From: Rebecca billardiae RCC1528
Lineage: Eukaryota; Protista; Haptophyta
Length of the DNA stretch: 64,000 bases
NCBI GenBank assembly: GCA_965240325.2
Contig: OZ251227.1
Location: 3,224,001-3,288,000, forward strand
Direction: 5' to 3'
The position numbers were made by a program, and so were the translations under genes. The notes under the pieces were generated by a model, which saw only the letters and a program-made list of their open reading frames with translations, made no database searches and was not told the origin of the DNA. Positions 22,442 to 33,342 of this stretch are shown piece by piece. Each line of letters opens with the position of its first letter. Positions within the stretch are counted from its first letter, which is position 1.

Positions 22442-24103
22442 ATGGCGGCGTCGCCGCTCGGGCCTCGCTTATTGTGGCTGCTGCTGCCGCTCGCGCTCGG
22501 CGCGAGCGCCGCGGCTTTCCCGCTCCTCCCGCCATGCGCCGCCCGCGCCATCAACGCCGCGTACTCGCCGTTCACCTGCGGCGTTCTCGTCTTCCGTCAC
22601 ATCCCGAAAAACGGCGGCTCGACCCTTCGGGAATCGATCCGGCGCGCAGCCCAGACGTGCGAGTTCGACGCGCCGCACGTGTACGCGGGATGTATGAGGA
22701 TGCTGAAAGACGCCGAGCGGGCGCTCGCCCGTGCCCGAACCGACGCTACCGTCGCCGACCCCGCCGAGCGCGAGCGCGTGCGGCTGATGCGCGTCTTCAA
22801 CCTGACGGCCCATGGCGTACCCGCGCGCGCATGCGTCGGCGGATCTGGTTCGCGCGGGCTGTTCCCGCGGCTGGTGGTCGAGTCGCACGAGGAGTGGGCC
22901 AAGTGGAATACCTGGTCTCGCCGCGCGCTGCCCGCGCTGCGCCTCACCTGGCCGCCGCCGGCGTGCGCGGTGCGCGTCTTCACGATGGTACGCGACCCCA
23001 CCGCCGCTTTTCTCTCGCGATTTGTTTTCTACCCAAAATACCGCAAGAACTGGGACGTGGTGGACGCGCTGCGCAGCTGCGTCGAGGGGGGCGCGGACCG
23101 TCCGGCAGGGTATCAGCTCTGCCCGCTGCAGGCCGAGTACGCCTTCGGGACCTACCTGCGCGAGGCGCGTGCGCAGGCGGCGCAGGCAGCTGCCGCGGCC
23201 GCTGCGCCGCGCGCCGCTTTGAGCCCGGACCATACCCGGACTGACGGCGCGGGGGGCAGGCGGGAGTACGACGCCCGCGAGGAGGCCGCGCGTGTACGCC
23301 CTGCGGCGGTTGCCATCGGTGCCGCCGCCGCCCCCGCCACGGCCGCCCCGCCCGCACCGCCGCACGGCCGGCGCGCCTCGGCCACCCCAGTCTCCCGTGC
23401 GCTCGACGCGGCCTCTTCACAGTTAACTGCCTGGGAGGCGGCATCGCGCGATTGGCTGCGCACGGAGCAGGACAGCGGCCGTTTGCTCACGCTGGTGTTT
23501 GAGCGGTACGCCGAGTCGGTGCTGGTGCTGCAGCTCGAGACGGGGCTCCCCGTCGCCGCGCGGCCCATCCTCGCGCCGCCCGAGCGCGTGAGCAAGCACC
23601 CGCTCGCCAAAGGCAACACATCAGCCCAGCTGTCCGCCGCGTTGGCCGCCCAGCCGGTGCTGCGAGCAGCGTGGGGCAGGTACACTGCACTGGACACGTG
23701 GTGGCGAGCGGACGCGTCCGCGCGGCTCGACGCGCGGGTGGCCCGGCCGCTGCTCGCCCCGCTGGCCGACGGCCGCCCGCTGCCGCCGCCCGACTGCCCT
23801 GTGCCCGCAGACCTCACCGTCGGCTCGCTGGCGCGCGCGGCGGAGGCAGAGCCGGCGGCGGCGCGCTCGCTCGCATGGGCCGCGACCGACGGCGACAGGC
23901 GCGCCGCGCTCGAGAGGCGGCAGCCTGTCGAGGAGATCCGCCAGCCCGCGCTGCGGCTGCTCAACGAGCTCACGCTCGCGCGCTGCCCGCGCTTTGGGAC
24001 GAGGCGCAGCGAGCACCGAATGAGCAGCAGCGGCGCGGAACGGCTGCCGCGTTGTGAGGACGTGGGCGGTCGCACGGCAGCGCATCACAGCATGCAGTCG
24101 TAG
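22442..24103 (+). CDS. Golgi-type carbohydrate sulfotransferase-like protein
   Basis: Signal/anchor sequence; 5'-PSB motif FRHIPKNGGSTLR; 3'-PB motif FTMVRDP...S. Confidence 0.8.
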   Translation: MAASPLGPRLLWLLLPLALGASAAAFPLLPPCAARAINAAYSPFTCGVLVFRHIPKNGGSTLRESIRRAAQTCEFDAPHVYAGCMRMLKDAERALARARTDATVADPAERERVRLMRVFNLTAHGVPARACVGGSGSRGLFPRLVVESHEEWAKWNTWSRRALPALRLTWPPPACAVRVFTMVRDPTAAFLSRFVFYPKYRKNWDVVDALRSCVEGGADRPAGYQLCPLQAEYAFGTYLREARAQAAQAAAAAAAPRAALSPDHTRTDGAGGRREYDAREEAARVRPAAVAIGAAAAPATAAPPAPPHGRRASATPVSRALDAASSQLTAWEAASRDWLRTEQDSGRLLTLVFERYAESVLVLQLETGLPVAARPILAPPERVSKHPLAKGNTSAQLSAALAAQPVLRAAWGRYTALDTWWRADASARLDARVARPLLAPLADGRPLPPPDCPVPADLTVGSLARAAEAEPAAARSLAWAATDGDRRAALERRQPVEEIRQPALRLLNELTLARCPRFGTRRSEHRMSSSGAERLPRCEDVGGRTAAHHSMQS

Positions 24104-24474
24104 TCTGAGCTGACGATGATACGATGGCGGCTGGCACAGGCATCATCATCATCGGTCACTCCGACGAATAACTACTTGCATAGTAGTCTAGTCGTCTGTA
24201 ACGACGACTACTCGTATACGCCTGATGATGATGACGATAAGGTCATGCACAGCTAGTCGGGTCGTCCGGCTTCCAGTTGACGACTTAGGCTTATAGCACT
24301 AATAGCAGCAGGCGCCAGGCGGCGGGCCGGCGCCGGCGGGCGAGTGGTTATGTCCACAGTGGTACGCGTTATTCGCGGCACGCCAGCGGCAGCAGCCAAA
24401 CACTGGCTACAGCGGCAAGTGCGGCGCGCGCGGATGGCGGGGCAACGCCCGCCGGGCCCGCCCCTCAGCAGGCC

Positions 24475-25196
24475 TCAGCCTCGCTGCTGCGGGCAGAGCG
24501 TGTTGCGTGTGTATGCATACCTGCTCGCGCGCCATCAAAGATGAATAAAGAGTTTCCGGGAAAAAACCAGTCGCGTGCACATGCAGGAGGAGGAACGGGC
24601 GCTGCACGCGTGAGGAGTGACCTTTCTGTTGTCCTTCCCACCACTCACGCCCGCCCCGGCCAGTGCAGTGACGCGCCCCGCTTCGCAACGCGAGGGCCCG
24701 CCGCGCCGCACCAGTGCACCCCATTTGCTATGAGCTGGTCCTTGGGGTAGACTGTGTTGTTAATGAGCACGTCGTCGCAATTGGTGTATTCCGGCAGAAT
24801 GGTGCAGCTCCTCTTGCCATACATGGCGACATCGCGATAGGTGGTCTGCAAGACGAGGTGCGACGGCGCCGGGCAGGGCTCGTGGCTGAGGCGCTTGCAG
24901 GAGCGCGCGTGGGCGCACGCGCGGTCGGCGTGCACCTTGCCATCCGTCGACGGAAAAGTAAACCCGGCGCACGGGCCAGTGCAAATCTGCAGCATCATAT
25001 TGACCGTCATGCCATCATTACCGATCCCGAGGTTGTTCCCCGGCGGCATGCACCAGTATGGGTGCATGCTGAAGTTGCTGAAGCCGGGCACGGGCTCGCC
25101 GAGAGGTGATGAGCCGCCGAGCTGCTCGGTGTTGCCGTCGTCGTCATCGTCGTCGTCGTCCGCGTGGTGGCGGTGGCCGCGGTGGTGGTGCGGCAT
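24475..25196 (-). CDS. Small Cys-rich protein with His/Asp-rich N-terminus (exons 25196-24936, 24845-24712, 24520-24475)
   Basis: Splicing two GT-AG introns gives end-to-end collinearity with 29156..29599 (VPGFSNFSMHPYWCMPPG, CTGPCAGFTF, GVHWYAYTRNTLCPQQRG). Confidence 0.8.
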
Positions 25197-25366
25197 GGCC
25201 CAAAACAATCTGGTTGAGCACGACCAGCTCCCGCGTGAGGGGCACCGCTCCGCTCGCCGCGCGGAGGAGGGCGCTCGTGGCTCGACACGGGGCGGACGCG
25301 GCTCGCGCGGCCGGGCCCGATGTCCCAAACGAGGTCGACGCTCGCCGGCCTGGGCAGTCTGCACTC

Positions 25367-28300
25367 TCCCCCCCCCAAGAAGGGCTCAGCCCTCGATTTG
25401 CGCGCGGGACGCGCGCCGTCGAAGTCGCGCTTTCGCCGCTTCTGAAAAGCGCCGTGGTACCTTTCCGCGCGCTGCGCGCCAGTGGGCGCACAGTGGCGGC
25501 CGCGCGCCGCCGCGCGGGCCGCAGCCTCGCGGCCACTGGCGCCACCGCGAGGCCGCGCGCTCGGGCGGCGCGGGCTGCCAGCCGCGCGTAGGAGCCCGCC
25601 GCGCGCGCTCGGCCCGGCTCGCGGCCTGCTCGCCGCCCGTGCGCTCGGCACGCGGCCGGCGCGACCCGGGCGGCGCGGCGCGCGAGGTTCGCGCGCCCGC
25701 TCGGCGGGCGCGTGAGCGAGTCGAGCGCGTTCGGTCGGCCGCGCCTGGGCGAGCGTGTCCGCCACAGGCTGTAGCGAGCCGGGCTCCCTCGCCTCGACGC
25801 CCGAGGCGGTGCGCCGCGCGCGTTCTGTGCCGGTCTGCGGCGGCGCAGCGGCTGCGCTCGCGCACGGACGGCCGCTGGGCTTGGATGGGCGCTCTCGAGC
25901 GCGTTTGGCGGCGGATCCCGCGCGGAGGGCTGGGGCAGGCACGGCAGTCCGCTCTGTCCGCGCCCGGCCCGCCTCGTGACGGAGGCCTTGCCCATCGACC
26001 GCTCGCGCGCCTCGCCGCCGGCGCTCGACCGGAGTCGGGCGTGGGCCGCACGCGCCGCGCGCGCCGCGCGCCCGCCCGGTCGGCCCATGAAGGCGATGCG
26101 ATGTGCTCTTCACATTGCCTGGCTCCCGCGTGCGCTGGCTGGTCGCACGCCTTCCTGGACGTCGCCTTTGGCGCGCCTCGCTCCAGCATGCGCGCGTGTG
26201 TCGCTGTGCACGCCGTGGACACAGGTCAGAAGTGTTGCAATCGTGAGCGGAGCTTAGCCCGTGGGCTGCACGCAGCTCGCCCCGTGCCTGATTTAATCGC
26301 TGGGCGCGCGAGAGGCTGTGCCACACACATCCAGGTGTGCGCCAGTAGATAGCACGTGGCTGCGTCCAACACGTCTAGGCGGAAGGTCGGGTGAGTCTAA
26401 CAACTTGAGGCGGCGACCCGAGTACCTGACAACAACGACGGCCGAGCCCGTGGTGCACACGCCAGCTGAGACTCTCTGGCTGACAGGTCAGAGCCGCCAT
26501 CACCGATGCCGTGCCCGCTCCGGTGCGGCTAGGCACATCACCGAGCGAACATGCGCCATCACGGTGTGCCCGAGGCAGGTCCGAGGCAGCCCACCATGCT
26601 GGCCGACATCATCTCGGGCTCGGCACCGCAGGACAGCAGCCGCTGGCCGAGCAGAGGCACTCGCGTGGCCCATAGTGTGCTCGCAAGTTCGCTCGGCCCA
26701 TCAGGCGCTGCCTCCCGAGGGCGAGATCGCGGTGGGCCACCGACCGTGCGCGCCGGCCAACCTTGCCTCAATCGCCAAGCGCAAGCACCCCGCCATCTGC
26801 TGCCGCTGCAGAGGCGCGCTGAGGGCGCAAGCCAGCCTGTGTGACCGTCTGTCAGACAGAGGCATCATTGGTGACTGCTCGTGTAGCCGTGCCATCCAGA
26901 GTGCACTTAAGTGGGGCGAAATGCTGGTGGTCAGGCGGTAGAGGCTGTGCCCCGTGTCACACGCGGACGTCGCAGTGCGAAAGAGCACGCCGAGGCGGCG
27001 CTGCAGGTAGCGAGTGCGGTTGAGAATCATGCCCGATTGACACTGCTGCCTGTATTGTCAGCGTTGCTTGCAGGAAGGGCTGGCTGCAGGTGCCACCCAG
27101 CCCACCGGCCGGCCAACCGCTGTCGCCACCACTATCGCCGCTGGCATGCCCGCCACCATTACCGCCACCGTCTCCGCCGCTAAGCCCGCCGCGTAGAACG
27201 CGGCCGTCGCCGCCGCCACGCCCGCCACCGAGCTCGCAGCCGAGCCCGCAGCCATCACCGCCACCGTCGCCCCCTCCTCCCAATCCGCCGCCGAGCCCAC
27301 CGCAGATCCCACTACCACCATCGCTACCACCATCACCGCCTGCGTCGTCACCACCTAGTCCGCCGCCGTCATTACCGTCATCATCACCGCCCAGTCCGCC
27401 GCCGAGCCCAGAGCGTCGTCGCCGCCATCGTCTCTGCCACCATCGCCGCTGCCCAGCCAGTCTCAGGGTACACGCAGCCGTCATCGCGCGGTCGTCGTGC
27501 AGTATTCAAGTTCAACGACACTGCTACATCAGCGGGCCGGATGGCGATCCCAGGTGCGCATGGCAACGGATGTCAAGCAATGTCGTCCGCTCAGCAGGTG
27601 TACGTTCCCTACATCCATGCTGCTGCTCGGGCTCTGGCGAGTCTGGCAGACCTGTCGGCACTGCACACGCGCGGGCTCGCGCGTGCACACGCGCGGGCTC
27701 GCGCACACAGTAGCAGACTAAGTGCAGCACTGCTGAGTGAACAGCACGCGCACAGCCATGGGCACGGTATGCCTAGCACGGCCGTGAGACGGGCGGGCAC
27801 GGGTGCGCTGGGGCGGCCCAGGCTGCATCAACTGCCCCCGTCGCTCGCCAACACTCTAGCTGGGCCTGCTAGCTCAGCTTGTGTTCATGCGCTGCCGGCG
27901 CTCAGTCGGCTCGGCACAGTCACTGCAATGGGCAATAGCGCTTTGTGCCCTGCCGGCCCCGCCTGCTGGCGCTGCGCCAAGGTCAGCACAGTGGTGGGCC
28001 CATTGGGCGCGGACAGCAGCACGCGCCGCGCGTCTCATGTCTGTGACCGCTGCCAGTTCGGGCACTCAAAGGGCCGCAGCCAGTGGACGGTCCAGACCCC
28101 GCATGAGCGCTGAGCAAGGCGAGGAACGAGTGCGACCGGCTGAGCAGAGATGCCAGCTGAACAGTAGGCTGCTGCAACTGCATTGCCCTCGCGTGCCGCT
28201 GGATGCCGCGCTGCCTTCGTGGGCCGACCGGGCGGGCGCGCGGCGCGCGCGGCGCGTGCGGCCCACGCCCGACTCCGGTCGAGCGCCGGCGGCGAGGCGC

Positions 28301-28940
28301 GCGAGCGGTCGATGGGCAAGGCCTCCGTCACGAGGCGGGCCGGGCGCGGACAGAGCGGACTGCCGTGCCTGCCCCAGCCCTCCGCGCGGGATCCGCCGCC
28401 AAACGCGCTCGAGAGCGCCCATCCAAGCCCAGCGGCCGTCCGTGCGCGAGCGCAGCCGCTGCGCCGCCGCAGACCGGCACAGAACGCGCGCGGCGCACCG
28501 CCTCGGGCGTCGAGGCGAGGGAGCCCGGCTCGCTACAGCCTGTGGCGGACACGCTCGCCCAGGCGCGGCCGACCGAACGCGCTCGACTCGCTCACGCGCC
28601 CGCCGAGCGGGCGCGCGAACCTCGCGCGCCGCGCCGCCCGGGTCGCGCCGGCCGCGTGCCGAGCGCACGGGCGGCGAGCAGGCCGCGAGCCGGGCCGAGC
28701 GCGCGCGGCGGGCTCCTACGCGCGGCTGGCAGCCCGCGCCGCCCGAGCGCGCGGCCTCGCGGTGGCGCCAGTGGCCGCGAGGCTGCGGCCCGCGCGGCGG
28801 CGCGCGGCCGCCACTGCGCGCCCACTGGCGCGCAGCGCGCGGAAAGGTACCACGGCGCTTTTCAGAAGCGGCGAAAGCGCGACTTCGACGGCGCGCGTCC
28901 CGCGCGCAAATCGAGGGCTGAGCCCTTCTTGGGGGGGGGA
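25367..28940. mobile_element. Foldback-type element: 728-bp near-perfect TIRs, 4-bp TSD (ACTC), ~2.1-kb interior
   Basis: ACTC|TCCCCCCCCCAAGAAGGG (25367-26094) is mirrored by 28213-28940 ...CCCTTCTTGGGGGGGGGA|ACTC; mirror-image ORFs on both strands. Confidence 0.93.
27090..27420 (+). repeat. Degenerate Ser-Pro(n) extensin/HRGP-like repeat fragment inside the foldback element
   Basis: Translation PPSPPPSPPPPNPPPSPP with scattered substitutions. Confidence 0.6.
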
Positions 28941-29155
28941 ACTCTGCACCGCCAGACGCCAGTCCGCCAGCCGCTTTTTCCTGCGCTGCTTTTTCCGTCG
29001 ACAAGTCTCTCAGCTGTTCATCAGCATGGCGTCTGACTGAATGGCTGGACGGCTCGGTCCACGATGATCATGATGACAAGATGAGGCTGCTGAGCAGGCG
29101 CGGACATTGTATCATAGATCATCGCCCGAACGCGGGGCCGCGCCACCAGCTCTCA

Positions 29156-29599
29156 CTATCCGCCCCGCATTTCAGGCGGGCACGTCGGCTTGCGCGTGAA
29201 GGTGTACCAGTGCAAGCCATGCGCAGCTAAATCGTCGCGGCTGAGTTTCTGCCCGTGCGCAGAGGCGGGCGAGCACTCTGTCTGGTGCGTCTCGGGCAGG
29301 ATGGCGCAGTTGTGCTTGACGTAGATGGTCATGTCGCGGTAGACGTGTATGCCGTCCTGCGAGAGGAAAGAGAAGCCCGCGCAACTCTGCACGCCCGTGC
29401 ACATCTGCAGCATGTAATCCAGATTGAGCGCCATCGACGCGTACATGATGTCGCTGCCCGGCGGCTCGCAGAAATGCGGGTGCACGTTGAAGTTTGCGTA
29501 GCCCGGGACCTCGTAGCCGACGTAGGGGTCGCCGCCTTGCAGATTCTCGAGGCTGCCCGCACCCGGATCGCTGTGCGTGTGTCGCTCGTGGTGCAGCAT
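29156..29599 (-). CDS. Small Cys-rich protein, intronless paralog of 24475-25196
   Basis: 147-aa ORF; VPGYANFNVHPHFCEPPG, MCTGVQSCAGFSF, HGLHWYTFTRKPTCP. Confidence 0.8.
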   Translation of the reverse strand: MLHHERHTHSDPGAGSLENLQGGDPYVGYEVPGYANFNVHPHFCEPPGSDIMYASMALNLDYMLQMCTGVQSCAGFSFLSQDGIHVYRDMTIYVKHNCAILPETHQTECSPASAHGQKLSRDDLAAHGLHWYTFTRKPTCPPEMRGG

Positions 29600-29760
29600 G
29601 CCTCCCGCGCGCCCGCCACTTTTCGTCCGCAGTTTTCAGCATCGCGCGTTCGAGTTTCAAGTTTTCCCCTCGCACGATGGCTGCCGACCGTGGCCGCGCC
29701 TGACTTGTGTGAGGCTTGCAATCTATCCGGCGACATCCGCAGGGGGCGAGCGGGCTCGTC

Positions 29761-31119
29761 ATGGGCACAGACGAGGGCGCCGGTGGGCACGCGTCGAAGC
29801 TCGAGCGCGCGCTGCGCAAGAAGCTCCGGCGGATCGACGCCATCAAGGCCCGGCGCGCGGAGGGCCACGCGCTCGACGCACAGCAGCAGGAGGCGCTCGG
29901 ACGCGAGCGCGAGATTCGCGCCGAGCTCGAGCGGGTGCTCGGCGGGGCGGAGGGCGCGCCGCGCGAGCGGGAGGTGGCGGAAACGCCCGTCCCGCCGGAT
30001 CCGCCGGCCGCCGCGCCGCCTGGACTCCCGCCTCACGGCGCGCGCGCGCGCGCCGAGCCGCAACGCCCGTCCGCTGGCAAGAAGCGCAAGCGCGAGGCCG
30101 CGGCCGCTGCGGACGAGGCGTGCGGCCACTGCGCGGCGGTTGGCCACCGCGCGGCGGAGTGCCCGTTCGGCCTGGCCGCGCACGAGCGCTACCTGCTCTG
30201 CACGCGGGTCACCTCGCCAGCGCCATGCTTCCGCCGCCATTTTGTCGTCCCGCTCCGGCGCTGCTCTGCTGATTTCGACCCCGGCGCGCTGCGCGCCGGC
30301 CGCGCGGACGTGGGGATGCGGTGCGCCAGCGCCGCGCTGTTCGTCTCGCAGGGCCTGCGGCACTGCACGCGCGTCAGCCTCGCCTTCGAGGGGCGCGCGG
30401 GCGCGCCGGACGCGCCCGCCGAGCCCGGCGCGCGCGCGCGCACGCTCACCCTCAGTGGAGCGCTCGTCCGAGCGCTTCGGCCGGACGAGGCTTCGCTCGG
30501 CGCGCGCTGCCGCTCCGCGCTCGACGACGCGCGGGGCGGGCACGCGAGCGCGTGCGCGCTCGCGGCGGGCGTCCGCGGGCACGCCGCGTACTCCGCGTCC
30601 GAGCTCCGCGGCTTCGAGTGGGCGGAGGGCGGGCTGCTGAGCGCGCTCGAGCGAGCGCTCGTTGAGCCGCCGGCCGCCGGCGCCCGCGCTCGCGCCGACG
30701 ACGGCGCCTCCGCTCCGGCCGACGGCGCCTCCCGGTCCGGTGGTCCGGCCGACGGCGGCTCCGGTGCACGCGCGCCGCCGCCGGCGCTTCTCGTGCTCGA
30801 CGGCGCGGGCGAGCCGCTGCACGCCGCGTGCGCGCGGCTGCTCGCGACCGGCGGCGCGCGCGGCGGCGTGGTGGCTGTGGTCGGAGACGACCGCGGCTTG
30901 ACGGCGGACGAGGAGGAGGCGATCGGCCGCGCGGCCGCGCGGCGCGGCTGCGCCGTGTGCCGCGTCTCGCTGGGCGGACGGACGCTCTTTGCGTCGCACT
31001 CGATCGTGCTGCTGCAGAACGGCTTGGACAGCGCGCTGCACACGTGCGCGCCCAGGCCGACGCGTGACTACTCGAAGGCGACGCGCACGACCGGCGGGGG
31101 CAAGCGCGCGGTGCGGTGA
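29761..31119 (+). CDS. TrmY-like SPOUT RNA methyltransferase with N-terminal coiled coil and CCHC zinc knuckle
   Basis: AGRADVGMRCASAALFVSQGLR, LRPDEASLG, VVGDDRGLT, VSLGGRTLFASHSIVLLQNGLD follow the TrmY pattern; CGHCAAVGHRAAEC knuckle. Confidence 0.82.
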   Translation: MGTDEGAGGHASKLERALRKKLRRIDAIKARRAEGHALDAQQQEALGREREIRAELERVLGGAEGAPREREVAETPVPPDPPAAAPPGLPPHGARARAEPQRPSAGKKRKREAAAAADEACGHCAAVGHRAAECPFGLAAHERYLLCTRVTSPAPCFRRHFVVPLRRCSADFDPGALRAGRADVGMRCASAALFVSQGLRHCTRVSLAFEGRAGAPDAPAEPGARARTLTLSGALVRALRPDEASLGARCRSALDDARGGHASACALAAGVRGHAAYSASELRGFEWAEGGLLSALERALVEPPAAGARARADDGASAPADGASRSGGPADGGSGARAPPPALLVLDGAGEPLHAACARLLATGGARGGVVAVVGDDRGLTADEEEAIGRAAARRGCAVCRVSLGGRTLFASHSIVLLQNGLDSALHTCAPRPTRDYSKATRTTGGGKRAVR

Positions 31120-31467
31120 GCGGGCAGCGGGCATGAGTAGTAGTACAATGATTACCTGCGGCGGGTGGAGAGCCCTGCGGCCACCTGCGTGCACGGGCGG
31201 TGTCGTTGCCCTGTCCTCACGGGTGGGGCCACGGCCTCGACACTGCCACGGCGTCCCAAGATCATCGTGCATCAAGGCCCCGACGGCGACCGAGGTGTGG
31301 CCATCGTGATCGTTCATCTCAGACGTCAAGTCCGGTCAAGCAAAGGCTGCTGACTGCTGTTGAGTGTTGGTGGCTCCGCCGGACAACCGACGACGGTTGG
31401 CGGGGTTTTCGCCGAGTCGCGCCTGTCGCCATTTTCAAGTTGTGCCGTGGGCGAGCGGCGGGCGGCC

Positions 31468-33309
31468 ATGTCGTCGCTCACGAGCCTCGGGCCGACGGCG
31501 ACGCTGCTGGGGCGCCGCGGCAGCGCGACGGCGCCGACGGCGGCATGTAGCCTCTCGGCCACCGCGCCTTCGAGCACCTCCCGCCCCGCGCCGCCCGCCA
31601 AGAAGCTCGGCGGCGGGCTTGACGACGGCGGCGACCTGGGCGGCAGCCTGGGCGGCGGCGGCGCCGCCAAGTCGAAGAAGAGCGCCGGCGGGAAGAAGAA
31701 GGGCGGGAAGAAGGAGAAGGAGGTCTCGGCGAAGAAGCCCGCCCCGCCGCCGCCGCAGCCCGCTCCGGCCCGCCGCGCCGCGAGCGCGGGCTCCGGCTTT
31801 CGCGACCCGATGTCGGCGGTGCTCGACGACGATGAATTTTCTATTTCGGGCGACGACGACGTGTTCGAGGGCGCCGAGCTCGCGTCGTCGTCGGGCAGCG
31901 GGGTGATCGAGCTACCCTCCTCCAGGCCGCGCGCGCCCGTCGCGCAGCCGCAGACCACGACGCCGTCGCGCGCAAAGGGCGGCGGCGCGTCCGATCGCGG
32001 CGACGACGGCGGCGCGGAGGGCGCGGCCGGTTGGGGCGCGAGTGCGCAGAAGACGCAGCGCCAAGCGGCGGCGCCCCCGCCGGCGCCTCAGCAGCAGCAG
32101 CAGCAGCAGCCGCCGCCGCCGCGGCAGCCGCCGCCGCCTGCGCAGCGGCAGCACACCGCGCCCGCCGCGCCCGGCGGCTCGACAGGCGGCGGGTTTGGCG
32201 GCGGCGGCGGCGGCGGCGGCGGCCTCGGCGGCGGCGGCGGCCTCGGCGGCGGCGGCGTCCGAGCAGTCGAGTTCGACATCCCGGCGTGCCCGTTCCGGGG
32301 CGGCGCGGCGCCGTCGCTCTCGAGCACCGCGCCCGCATCCGGCGGCGCCGCCGCGCCGCCGCGCAGCCCGTCGCAGGGGCTGCGCCCCCCGCCGATCTCG
32401 ATCGGCGGCGGCGGCGGCGGCGGCGGCGCGGCGGCACTGCCGGTGGGCGGAGTGTGTGGCGGCGCTGTGTCCGGCCTAGCGGTGGGCGTGCGCTCGGGCG
32501 CGCCGAGCCCGCGCCCGTCGCCCGGCGCGGGCGGGTTCGGCTCGGCGTCGCTCGTCCACGCCGACGGCTCCGCCACCGCCAACGCGCTCCAGCTCGAGGT
32601 CTCCGCGCTCAAGGCGCGGATCGACTCGTTAATCCGCGAGGCCCAGGCGACGAAGGAAAGGCTGGTGGCTGAGCACTCCGCCGAGGCGGCGCGGAGCGCG
32701 TCGGCGCACGAGGCGGAGCTGCAGCGGCTCGAGGCGGCGCGGCAGCGCGAGCGCGTGGACGCCGGGCTGCGCGAGTCCGCCCTGCGCCACGAGCTCGACG
32801 CCGCGCGCGCCGAGGTCGAGACGCGCACGCGCCAGCTGGGCGCCGAGCTGAGCTCGGCCCAGCGCGAGCGGGAGGGAGCGGTTGGGCGCGCGCGCGAGGA
32901 GGCGGCGCGCGTGGCGGAGAACGCGGCGGCGGACGTGGCGCGCGAGCGCGAGGCGGCGAGCTCCGCGCTCGCGGACGCGCGCGCCGCGCGCGACGAGCTC
33001 TCGCGCGCCAAGGCCGCCCACGCCGACGAGCTCCGCCGACTGCGCGCGGCGCACGCCGAAGCAATTTCGGCGCAGCAGCAGCTGCACGCTCGCGAAGCCG
33101 AGTCCATCGCTGAGCAGCGCTCTGAATTGGAGCGCATGATGGAGGTGGGCGACGAGGTGCGGCGCGCGGTGGCGGCGATCCAGCTCGTGCACAAGTCCGT
33201 CGAGTCGCGAGCGGCCACGCCCGGGCTCTCCTCCAGGCCCGGCAGCAGCGGCGGCGGCGGGCTGAGCGGCGGCGGCAGCGATGGCGGGCTCGGAGGCGGC
33301 GGGCTCGGA

Positions 33310-33342
<33 letters not shown>

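Noticed and set aside
24841-29040. Multiple 280-500-aa Arg/Ala-rich ORFs over the inverted repeats
   Set aside because: Extreme-GC TIR sequence; mirror-image translations and no transposase motifs.
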